A stretch of DNA of 64,000 bases from Sapientia aquatica (GTDB taxonomy: Bacteria; Pseudomonadota; Gammaproteobacteria; Burkholderiales; Burkholderiaceae_D): assembly GCF_004358105.1 (NCBI RefSeq), contig NZ_SMYL01000003.1, positions 65,371-129,370 on the forward strand, written 5' to 3'. Under the pieces are notes generated by a model. That model worked only from the letters and a program-made list of their open reading frames with translations, searched no databases and was not told where the DNA came from. Position numbers and translations under genes: made by a program. This document shows positions 8,436 through 16,858 of this stretch, piece by piece. The stretch's first letter is position 1. Every line of letters begins with the position of its first letter.

Positions 8436-10015
8436 TTTGCCGCTCCTAAAAGATTGTCTGCACCATGTGTTGTTTCAAACTGATATCGCCCTGTTCCCAA
8501 ACTACCCGGTCCTTGGCGTGCAAACTTCACCATCAAATACATTTCCACGATCAATAACACGGTGTAAAAGGTGACGAATCCGGCAAGCGATCCATACAAA
8601 CTATTGACGCTCAATGTGGATACACTTAAATGCGTTGGTAACACACCATAAATCGTCCAAGGCTGACGACCATACTCGGCCACAAACCAACCTAATTCGC
8701 AGGCAATCCACGGCGCCGGTAGCATCCAAAGCGCCCATTTGAGCAACCAAGGACTTTTTTCTTTGCTGGCTTTAATCGTGCTAAAAAAGGCAATTCCAAA
8801 TAGAGCCAACATCGCAAAGCCAAGACCAACCATAATTCGGAAGCCCCAGAACATTGGTGTCACACGCGGTATCGTGTCATTCACGGCGCGGTCAATTAAT
8901 TCTGGCGTTACTTGATCCATGTCACTGACATACCTTTTGAGAAGCAAACCAAAACCAAGATCGTTTTTGTTGACATTGAATATGGCTAACGCTTGCTCGT
9001 CATGGCGATTTTTTCTCAATGCTTCCAGAGCTTTAACCGCGACGATACCGCGCAGCACCCGTTCATGATTTTTGATTTTAATGTCGTGGATGCCGGGAAT
9101 CTGTTTGCTTACCGAGCGCGTTCCGATCAGACCCATTACCCAAGGGACTTCCACTTCCCAGTTATTTTTTTGTTCGGCTTCGTTAATATCGGCAATCAGT
9201 GTTAATCCAGCCGGTGCTGGCTTGGTTTCCCACATCGCTTCGATCGCGGCCATTTTGGTTTGCTGCGCTTCACCGACGGTGTAACCGGATTCGTCACCAA
9301 GCACGATCACACTCAACGCAGACGCTAGGCCAAACGCCGCAGCAACGCCGAAACTGCGCTTCGCAAATTCAACATCGCGCTTGCGCAATAAATACCAACT
9401 CGAAATCGATAAAACAAACATCGAGCCAGTCAAGTAACCTGCGGAGACAGTATGCACAAACTTAGCTTGTGCATCAGGGTTAAAAACAACCGCCCAAAAA
9501 TCGACCATCTCCATACGCATGGTGAGATAACTAAACTCAGAGCCAACCGGGTTCTGCATCCAACCATTAGCAATCAAAATCCATAACGCTGATAAGTTAG
9601 TTCCAACGGCCATTAACATAGTAACCAACAGATGTTTTGGTTTGCTTAAGCGACTCCAACCAAAAAAGAACAATCCAATTAAGGTAGATTCTAAAAAGAA
9701 CGCCATCAGGCCTTCAATCGCAAGCGGTGCGCCAAAAATATCACCGACATAATGCGAGTAATAGGCCCAGTTAGTTCCAAACTGAAATTCCAGCGTGATA
9801 CCAGTAGTGACGCCTAAGGCAAAGTTAATACCGAATAATTTCCCCCAAAATTGGGTCATATCGCGCCAAATTACTTTGCCCGTCATTACATAGACGCTTT
9901 CCATGATCAGCAGCAGCCAAACCATGCCAATCGTAAGAGGGACAAACAGGAAATGGTATAAGGCAGTAGCGGCAAACTGTAGCCGCGAAAGATCAACCAA
10001 TTGTTCTGAAATCAC
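8432..10015 (-). CDS. cydA: Cytochrome bd ubiquinol oxidase subunit I.
   Basis: 527 aa, near-colinear with E. coli CydA (LSRLQFA.TA.YHFLFVPLT.GM, Q-loop, GRQPW). Confidence 0.92.
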   Translation of the reverse strand: MISEQLVDLSRLQFAATALYHFLFVPLTIGMVWLLLIMESVYVMTGKVIWRDMTQFWGKLFGINFALGVTTGITLEFQFGTNWAYYSHYVGDIFGAPLAIEGLMAFFLESTLIGLFFFGWSRLSKPKHLLVTMLMAVGTNLSALWILIANGWMQNPVGSEFSYLTMRMEMVDFWAVVFNPDAQAKFVHTVSAGYLTGSMFVLSISSWYLLRKRDVEFAKRSFGVAAAFGLASALSVIVLGDESGYTVGEAQQTKMAAIEAMWETKPAPAGLTLIADINEAEQKNNWEVEVPWVMGLIGTRSVSKQIPGIHDIKIKNHERVLRGIVAVKALEALRKNRHDEQALAIFNVNKNDLGFGLLLKRYVSDMDQVTPELIDRAVNDTIPRVTPMFWGFRIMVGLGFAMLALFGIAFFSTIKASKEKSPWLLKWALWMLPAPWIACELGWFVAEYGRQPWTIYGVLPTHLSVSTLSVNSLYGSLAGFVTFYTVLLIVEMYLMVKFARQGPGSLGTGRYQFETTHGADNLLGAAK

Positions 10016-10212
10016 TTCGATACTCCTTGAGAATTTGCGGGGACACCAATGTGTGTAGCCATGAAATCAGCATTAACCACAACGCTACTATCACGAATAA
10101 AAAACCACCATAAACCCACCAACACAATGAGCTTAATTAGCACGGCGATGGCTAAATGGAGAAAAAGGGAACGAGGTTTATGGGTCATGACTTTTCTGAT
10201 TGCATGTTTCAT
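10012..10212 (-). CDS. Small single-TM membrane protein encoded immediately upstream of and overlapping cydA. Possible cyd accessory (CydP-like) peptide.
   Basis: 66 aa with one hydrophobic helix. ATGA overlap with the cydA start. No strong RBS, so the call is tentative. Confidence 0.35.
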   Translation of the reverse strand: MKHAIRKVMTHKPRSLFLHLAIAVLIKLIVLVGLWWFFIRDSSVVVNADFMATHIGVPANSQGVSK

Positions 10213-10293
10213 GCCAAGGGACGCCTGAAAGAAAAGTGATTTAAATTCAGTTACCTAGAAGAAATTTGAAACGAGTTACGCCAACTTCATGGA

Positions 10294-11691
10294 ATGTTCT
10301 ATGCCAAATTGGCAGAAGCTGCCATAATGGCAGTCAGTAAATCGTGTCATATCTTAGTTGGATACTTACTTATGTCCCATGCTATACCCGAACTCATCTC
10401 CTATCTAGAAGAATTAGCCGAGCCGCATATCCTGTTCGACGATCAGTACCGAATCATCGCCGCCAATGCCGCCTACCAGCGTCAGTTTGGGCAGCACTTC
10501 TCCGTAATCGGACGAACATGCTATGACGTTTCACATCACTTTAGCGCGCCTTGCGATCAATCAGGGGAAGTTTGCCCTATAGCACAAGCCCGCAGCTCAG
10601 GCCACCGCGAGCGAGTCTTGCATGTGCATCACACGCCAAAAGGCGAAAGCTACGTAAATATTGAGTTAGTTCCAATTAAAAATGAGCAAGGTCAGCAGGT
10701 CTATTTTGTCGAAAAAATGGAACCGCTGCGAGTTAAGCAAGGTAACCATTTGCGCCAAGGGTTGATTGGACGTTCACCTGATTTTTTACATATGCTTGAA
10801 ATGGTGGCGCGAGTTGGTCCATCGACTGCCAACGTTTTATTGCTTGGAGAATCCGGCACCGGAAAAGAACTAGTAGCACAAGCGCTGCACGACGCCAGCG
10901 AAAGGGCTAAAGCACCTTTTGTGGTAGTGGAATGCGCCAGTCTGACCGAGACATTATTTGAGAGTGAATTATTTGGTCACGAACGTGGAGCATTCACTGG
11001 TGCCAATGCAACCCGAATTGGACTGGTTGAATCAGCCAGCGGCGGAACACTATTTTTAGACGAGGTTGGCGATATTCCACTGCCAATGCAAGTGAAATTA
11101 TTGCGTATGTTAGAGAGCGGCACCTACCGCCGCGTCGGCAGTACTGAGCTACGCCGTACCGATGTGCGCTTTGTATCGGCAACCCATCGCGATTTACAAG
11201 CCATGGTCGCAGATGGCTTATTTCGCGAAGATCTGTATTACCGACTATGTACATTCCCAATTCAACTCCCGCCTCTCCGGCATCGAGCAGAGGATATAAA
11301 GCTGCTTGCAATTGCTTTACTTGAGAGGGTCGCGCCACAGCGACAATTAACTTTATCCGACGAAGCCCTACAGTATTTAAGTGCCTATTCCTTTCCTGGT
11401 AACGTCAGAGAATTACGCAATATCATGGAGCGCGCAGCACTGCTTTGCGACGGCCTATTAATCGAGCGATCTCATGTTGAGCGTTCTGTAGCGTCTAACC
11501 CAATCAAACGAATACAAACACTGACCTCACCGTCACCGAGCGACACGGAAGATAGATCCTTGCGCGAAATCGAACGTAATGAGTTACGCACTCAACTTGA
11601 AACTCACACCGGAAGCCGAGCCGAATTAGCAAAAAAATTAGGAATTAGTGAACGGTCTCTGTATCGGAAATTGCGGGCACTAGATAAATAA
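10294..11691 (+). CDS. Sigma-54-dependent transcriptional activator (PAS sensor, AAA+, Fis-type HTH).
   Basis: GESGTGKE Walker A, GAFTGA sigma-54 contact motif, ESELFGHE and a C-terminal HTH (ELAKKLGISERSLYRKL). The N-terminal PAS-like domain carries CYDVSHHFSAPCDQSGEVCP. The true start may be an internal Met such as 10371. Confidence 0.85.
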   Translation: MFYAKLAEAAIMAVSKSCHILVGYLLMSHAIPELISYLEELAEPHILFDDQYRIIAANAAYQRQFGQHFSVIGRTCYDVSHHFSAPCDQSGEVCPIAQARSSGHRERVLHVHHTPKGESYVNIELVPIKNEQGQQVYFVEKMEPLRVKQGNHLRQGLIGRSPDFLHMLEMVARVGPSTANVLLLGESGTGKELVAQALHDASERAKAPFVVVECASLTETLFESELFGHERGAFTGANATRIGLVESASGGTLFLDEVGDIPLPMQVKLLRMLESGTYRRVGSTELRRTDVRFVSATHRDLQAMVADGLFREDLYYRLCTFPIQLPPLRHRAEDIKLLAIALLERVAPQRQLTLSDEALQYLSAYSFPGNVRELRNIMERAALLCDGLLIERSHVERSVASNPIKRIQTLTSPSPSDTEDRSLREIERNELRTQLETHTGSRAELAKKLGISERSLYRKLRALDK

Positions 11692-12068
11692 AATCACCCC
11701 TATTTAGGATGGAAATCTGATCAGATAAATATCCTCCTCTCGGCCACTACAGCATAAAGAGTAATGTGTGCCAAAAATAACTTCGATGAAATTCGAAATA
11801 TAACTCAGCTTTTAAATGTGATTAATCAATCTAAGCTTAGACTGATTATTTTGTGCTGAGGCTTTGTACAACAAAATCAACGCTATGATTTTATCGACCC
11901 GACTGCGGTTACATCGCTGGCATTCATCCGCACTAACTTCCCCAACCCCCAAAAGCAATGAGTTTCCCCAGTTTTGGTAGAATGAATTTCCTTAATTTTC
12001 TTGAGTGCTCCATTCCTATGAACTCTATTCATTACGGTTTTCTTAGCCCTAAAGCAGCTTGTAAGGGC

Positions 12069-13094
12069 ATGAACAGGCATCATCCTGCCAATCAGTTTGT
12101 GCAACGCACCAAAACATTGCTGGCAAGCGTACTCATTACAGTTAGTACCGTAGTTCCAGCGCAAGAGCAAAATACAGATCAAACGCCCCTTCCGGTAGCT
12201 CTGGTTAATCAACTCAATAAACTCTCTAGTGGCCCGCATGATGGATTTCGGGCTAACCACGCTAAAGGCGTAATGGTAACCGGCACATTTACACCTGCTG
12301 CTAGCGCCTCATCTATTAGCCGCGCACCGCATTTCTTGCACCCAGTACCTGTCACGGTGAGGTTCTCCAACGGTACTGGTGTGCCTACCTTGCCGGATGC
12401 ATCGCCCAAAGCCAGCCCGCATGGAATGGCAATTCGATTTGACCTAGGAGATGGGGCTTCGACCGATATTGTCAGTATTTCAGCAAGCGCTTTTCCTGTA
12501 GCGACTCCCGAAGACTTCTTGGCCATGTTGACCGCTGTTGGGGCTAGTGGTACTGACGCGGCGAAGCCAACTCCCATCGAGAAGTTCTTGGCTAGCCATC
12601 CAGCTGCGTTGAAATTTGTAACAACTCCACGCCCAGCGCCAGAAAGTTTTGCGACGCTACCTTTTTATGGGATCAACGCATTTAAATTTACTAACAGCAA
12701 AGGAGAAAGTAATTTCATTCGCTACCGCATCGTTCCCGCAGCAGGTATGCATTCATTGACGGATGAAGCAAGCGCCAAAATGAGCCCAAATTATCTGATG
12801 GAAGAATTGCCGTCTCGAATTAACATCGCACCAGTAAGCTTCACCGTATTTGCTCAGCTTGCAAACGCCAATGACAACATTGTCGATCCAACCGTATCTT
12901 GGTCGGAGTCTAACCCTTTAGTCCAACTTGGGACCATCACGCTAACTAAGGCCATTACTGATCAGGTTCCTGAGCAGCGAAAAATTCTCTTTAATCCTGT
13001 TTCTTTGCCCGATGGAATTGAACCCTCAGCCGACCCAATTCTCGCTATACGTTTCCCAACCTATGCCGTAAGTTATGGGCAACGTGCTCAGTGA
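12069..13094 (+). CDS. Catalase-related haem peroxidase (small catalase-family protein), probably secreted.
   Basis: Distal-His motif FRANHAKG and proximal-Tyr region RFPTYAVSYGQR. ~340 aa from Met 12069, which has an AAGGG RBS and a signal-like N-terminus. The longer ORF starting at 11958 lacks an RBS. Confidence 0.7.
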   Translation: MNRHHPANQFVQRTKTLLASVLITVSTVVPAQEQNTDQTPLPVALVNQLNKLSSGPHDGFRANHAKGVMVTGTFTPAASASSISRAPHFLHPVPVTVRFSNGTGVPTLPDASPKASPHGMAIRFDLGDGASTDIVSISASAFPVATPEDFLAMLTAVGASGTDAAKPTPIEKFLASHPAALKFVTTPRPAPESFATLPFYGINAFKFTNSKGESNFIRYRIVPAAGMHSLTDEASAKMSPNYLMEELPSRINIAPVSFTVFAQLANANDNIVDPTVSWSESNPLVQLGTITLTKAITDQVPEQRKILFNPVSLPDGIEPSADPILAIRFPTYAVSYGQRAQ

Positions 13095-13406
13095 ACAGAC
13101 TGACCCATCTGTGTCTGCCCCCCACTTCTCTCTTATCGAGATTTGGGGGGTGAGTTGGTGTATTCTGTGAAGAACGGAGCGCTCCTATCGGCACGATTCA
13201 CGTCAAATTCAAGGAGCTGCCATCAGTCAACTTAACGCGTCGATCCGACTAATACTGACTTCAAAATAATTACAAATCTAAATCTGAAATATCTGCGCAG
13301 TTCACAAACAATGTGTCCGATCAAGATCTAAATGTGAACTATAGTTTAAAAAGGATGCTGGTTGAATGTGGGAATTTTGGCCTAGAAGCGGAAAGTGGAC
13401 TTTAAT

Positions 13407-13595
13407 ATGAAAAAATTAACTCAGTCGAAAGAAGATAAGATTGCTTTGATTGAATTAGCGGCGTTTCTTAATCAATCCAGAGATTTGCTAGTTGATCTGT
13501 CGAGTTTATTGCAAGATGTGCTCTGCGAGCTGGATTCAGATGAGAAGTTGCGCGCTGAAAACTTATCTTCAGAACTCGTTAAGAAGCTGCGTTAA
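13407..13595 (+). CDS. Small hypothetical helical protein (62 aa).
   Basis: ORF with a weak RBS in AT-rich island sequence. No recognisable motif. Confidence 0.3.
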   Translation: MKKLTQSKEDKIALIELAAFLNQSRDLLVDLSSLLQDVLCELDSDEKLRAENLSSELVKKLR

Positions 13596-13900
13596 AGTTT
13601 AGGCCGGAAAACCCCGGACGAAATCTAATGTGTGTGACAGGGAACAAATTTATTATCTTATTTTTTGCGCCTACCAAGCACAACTAGGAAGAAATTCAAC
13701 AACCCTTATTCGATTTTGCTCGGCCAAAGCCCTAAGAAGCGGTGTCATTTTTCGAATAATCCAACATTTTTAGCACTTACGAAATCGAGTAGCGAACTAT
13801 AGGAAATTTTGCAGATCCATTGGCCGATAGAATGATGCAACAATAACCGACATAGCCGTCTTCACCTTTCCTCATGCGTGCAACTAATTAATTTTGCCAA

Positions 13901-14743
13901 TTATTGATTTACCTCTTCAACGGCAAATTGTTCACAGGCTTGCATGATGCTAGTAAGGTCACCCAGCAAATTTTCTTCTTGCATAAAAAATACCTTATCA
14001 AGGAGCCAATCAGGAATGACCTCCAACTTATTAGTGTCTTTTACCCACCTATTTTGGTCATTTTTTATATAACTATGAATATGACGACCGCCCTTCATGG
14101 CATCAATGTAATTAGTTTTGATAACATTTGATCGGACAAAAAAATAATAGTAATGGAACTCACCCGCAACCAGAGATTGAATAATTGCGGACAATGTTTC
14201 ATCTAAGATTCGCCCAAATTTCTGGGAGTATTCGATTTCAACGGCGATTTTAAAAATATTTTTATGAATCCAGAGTGCATCTGGAATTTTCGTTCCCTTA
14301 ACGTGTCGGGTCGCCATTTGGGCTTGGGACAGGTATTTAACTCCAAATTTCTGGATTGCTAATAAGCTCAATTTTTGAACAGAGAAATCGTGCTCAAATT
14401 TTGTCTGGCTAATTTTTTGAGGTGATAAATATTTATTATAGTCAATAAAATTGGGGGAATAGGAAGTTGCCAAATCCAACCCTGCTTGAGAAAGTGTGTA
14501 AAAGAATCTCGGCCAGCCAGATACTGTTTTATTTTCAATCAATAATCCTTTTTTTATCATCTGTTTTGGCAACGAATTGTTCTGCTGATGTGCCACATTC
14601 TTAATTATCTCCGCACTTACCACCCCATGGCAAAGTGCCCATTTACAAACTCTGAGTAATTTTTTCCTATGTCTTTCAACCGGCGACTCAGCATTCAAGT
14701 ATTTTTTTGCAATTGGCATGCGCTTTTTTGTAATCGGTATCAT
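13901..14743 (-). CDS. Hypothetical cargo protein. The N-terminal region is winged-HTH-like and the C-terminal region has a PD...E-x-E...K segment suggestive of a PD-(D/E)XK-type nuclease fold.
   Basis: 280 aa, very AT-rich codon usage compared with its neighbours. Contains KIPDALWIHKNIFKIAVEIEYSQK. No confident family assignment is possible from sequence alone. Confidence 0.45.
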   Translation of the reverse strand: MIPITKKRMPIAKKYLNAESPVERHRKKLLRVCKWALCHGVVSAEIIKNVAHQQNNSLPKQMIKKGLLIENKTVSGWPRFFYTLSQAGLDLATSYSPNFIDYNKYLSPQKISQTKFEHDFSVQKLSLLAIQKFGVKYLSQAQMATRHVKGTKIPDALWIHKNIFKIAVEIEYSQKFGRILDETLSAIIQSLVAGEFHYYYFFVRSNVIKTNYIDAMKGGRHIHSYIKNDQNRWVKDTNKLEVIPDWLLDKVFFMQEENLLGDLTSIMQACEQFAVEEVNQ

Positions 14744-14862
14744 TATTTTCCATTCTAAAAAATATTAGTTTATAAAATTGAGATTTGAAATAGTTTGTTG
14801 ATTTCATCCGTCTATAGGACTAGTCGAAAGTTAATGCTACTTTCCAACTAGTCCGTAAATTT

Positions 14863-15771
14863 CTACTCAAGATTTTTCTTGCCTAGCGCATTTTTCATTT
14901 TGGAAATGTGAGCTTGGGCAACTGCCTTAGATGTTGGTGAATCAGCGCTCAGTTTTCCAATTTGCTGCTTCATCTCTGCGTCGCGTTGATCCTTTGACAT
15001 TGCCACATCGATTGCCTTTATAACTGCGGACACGTAGGGAGCTAAATGTCCTGCTGCTGGGGTAAGTGAAGCAGCGACACCTTCAACCCGCGCAACTCCA
15101 AATTTGGCGATGAGGCTTTTAAGTCTCGCGATATCACCGTCGGTCCAAATTTCGACACCGTGCTCAATAGTCTCATCGCCGCGACGTCGGCGTGATTGAG
15201 TCAAATGGCTATAAGGTGTAGCAGCATTTTGGAGATTTCCATCCTGCTGCTTCTCTTTTTCTATACCCTTACAGTTCATTGAATACCTTACCGTCCGATT
15301 GTTCGAGTCTCGCGGTTGTCGACTATCGGCATCACCGACAGGCGGAAAACCAGCAACTCGGCTTTGCTCCTTTCGTTTTTTTGTCAATGATTGTTCAATT
15401 GCCCAAAGTTTAGGATCAGCCAAAACCCACCTAGTCCCAACTACATGCCCGGCTCGATAACACTTGGAATCCCGCGCATTTAACGCCGCAGCCTCCTTAT
15501 CCGAAAGTCGAATCGGTTCAACCCTCAAACCTCCCACGCCTTCCAATTCTTTTCGGTAGGTCGACAGCAAGTGCTTCCCCGTTTTTGTAAACTCAGCTAT
15601 GTGGGATGGACGAGCTCCCCAATTATCTGGTAGGTCCATAATCAAAACAAACAAACCTTTGGCTCCCAGAGAAATGCGATCATCGCGCAAAACGGCGCGA
15701 ATATTTCGCATGCGGTGCATGGCCTTTTTGGGTAGCTCAATTACAAGTGGAATATGTGCTTGTTCGCTCAT
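14863..15771 (-). CDS. Hypothetical protein with an N-terminal wHTH resembling phage replisome-organizer / replication-initiator N-domains.
   Basis: LGAKGLFVLIMDLPDNWGARPSHIAEFTKTGKHLLSTYRKELEGVGGL resembles replisome-organizer N-terminal wHTH domains. Its start overlaps the alpA stop by 4 nt, indicating co-transcription. Confidence 0.4.
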   Translation of the reverse strand: MSEQAHIPLVIELPKKAMHRMRNIRAVLRDDRISLGAKGLFVLIMDLPDNWGARPSHIAEFTKTGKHLLSTYRKELEGVGGLRVEPIRLSDKEAAALNARDSKCYRAGHVVGTRWVLADPKLWAIEQSLTKKRKEQSRVAGFPPVGDADSRQPRDSNNRTVRYSMNCKGIEKEKQQDGNLQNAATPYSHLTQSRRRRGDETIEHGVEIWTDGDIARLKSLIAKFGVARVEGVAASLTPAAGHLAPYVSAVIKAIDVAMSKDQRDAEMKQQIGKLSADSPTSKAVAQAHISKMKNALGKKNLE

Positions 15772-16127
15772 GATTCTCTCTCTCTCAATTTTGCCTTCGC
15801 AGGTTCATGCTTTCGAGGGCGGCCCGTTTTCCGTTTTAAACCGCATTGATCGTTTGAGGCGATTGGTAATCTTTTTGTGGTTGAGCATTGGCGTTGATCG
15901 GATATCCAACGCTCGACCTCTGCTTTATCGTAAAGCCAATTCCTTCCTATTTTTACCCCGCATTGGGGCAATTTTTGTGGATTTCGGCATCGCCACGACC
16001 TGATAGTGGCGACCTTTAATTGCATTCTTGTTGCTAGCCCCTCATCGTTGAGGTCCGGTTGATCTGGTTGATTCGCGACAAGCCCAGTAGTAACTGATTT
16101 AGTCGAAATTAAATGGCGCATTTGCAT
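15768..16127 (-). CDS. alpA: AlpA-family phage/island transcriptional regulator (DNA-binding).
   Basis: LATRMQLKVATIRSW....LPQCGVKIGRNWLYDKAEVERWI matches the AlpA / MerR-like excisionase-regulator family found next to P4-type integrases. Confidence 0.7.
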   Translation of the reverse strand: MQMRHLISTKSVTTGLVANQPDQPDLNDEGLATRMQLKVATIRSWRCRNPQKLPQCGVKIGRNWLYDKAEVERWISDQRQCSTTKRLPIASNDQCGLKRKTGRPRKHEPAKAKLRERES

Positions 16128-16224
16128 TCCTCTAAAATGGAAAAATGCAGGTTTTTTTTTAGGTTTTCAGGCTGTCAAAATGCGAGCAAGTTGACTGTAG
16201 TGGCTCCTGCCGCCGCTTCGCGCC

Positions 16225-16728
16225 TTAGCGCAGAACGACAGGGATAGGGGAAAGACGAGGGGAAAGAGAGATATGAGAAATGCCGCCAAGGGCAGAGAAC
16301 AAAACTTCACGAGCAATGAATGCTCTGGAAAACGACAACTTTATTGCAAATTTAAATTTACTACATATAAAACGAAAAGTTTGCCTTATCGAAAAACTGA
16401 GCAAATCGGAAATTTCGTAAAAACTATTCAGGCGAATTTCACTCTTTTTTTGGGCAACCAGTGAATCCTGACCCAAGCAAAATATTGACCATCCCAAAGT
16501 GACCGACATCAGCAATACAAATACGCCGCAAAGGCCATCAATTTTAAACGCCCATAAGGCAAACATGATTGATGCAAACAAGATTGTTCGCCCAACTTTT
16601 TGATGTCGATCACCAGCTTCTATACACGCGTTCTTTCCACCACTTAGAAGACGAGCGAACCACTGCGCGAAGGTTTCAAACCTCGCTGGCATGCGTGAAT
16701 TCACTAAATTTTTACCTGATATTTTCAT
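16225..16728 (-). CDS. Hypothetical membrane protein (two TM helices in the first ~95 aa). The distal part of the ORF may be non-coding read-through.
   Basis: ORF between the integrase and alpA. Hydrophobic segments are present. The 3-prime third is AT-rich with low-complexity amino-acid content. Confidence 0.35.
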   Translation of the reverse strand: MKISGKNLVNSRMPARFETFAQWFARLLSGGKNACIEAGDRHQKVGRTILFASIMFALWAFKIDGLCGVFVLLMSVTLGWSIFCLGQDSLVAQKKSEIRLNSFYEISDLLSFSIRQTFRFICSKFKFAIKLSFSRAFIAREVLFSALGGISHISLSPRLSPIPVVLR

Positions 16729-16858
16729 GATTAAAAGGTAGCACGATTGCAGTGAATATATGTGAATTTATCGTGAACACATGGAATATTGTTGCTAAAA
16801 ATCAACATATTTCGTAATTGTTGGATTAAATAATCGAATTACGGTTACTGAATATTGC

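Noticed and set aside
8993-9465. Three overlapping plus-strand ORFs inside cydA.
   Set aside because: Shadow ORFs of a highly conserved minus-strand gene.
10213-10293. Sigma-54-like TGGCGTAACTCGTTTCA upstream of cydP.
   Set aside because: The -12 element reads TTTC instead of TTGC and the spacing is off by one. Not convincing without a PWM score.
11883-12260. 125-aa minus-strand ORF overlapping the 5-prime end of the catalase-related gene.
   Set aside because: No RBS or motif. It overlaps the promoter and signal-peptide region of a supported gene.
13236-13243. 8-mer ttaacgcg shared with 18002-18009, a possible att direct repeat.
   Set aside because: Too short to distinguish from chance. 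It lies outside the tRNA-like core.
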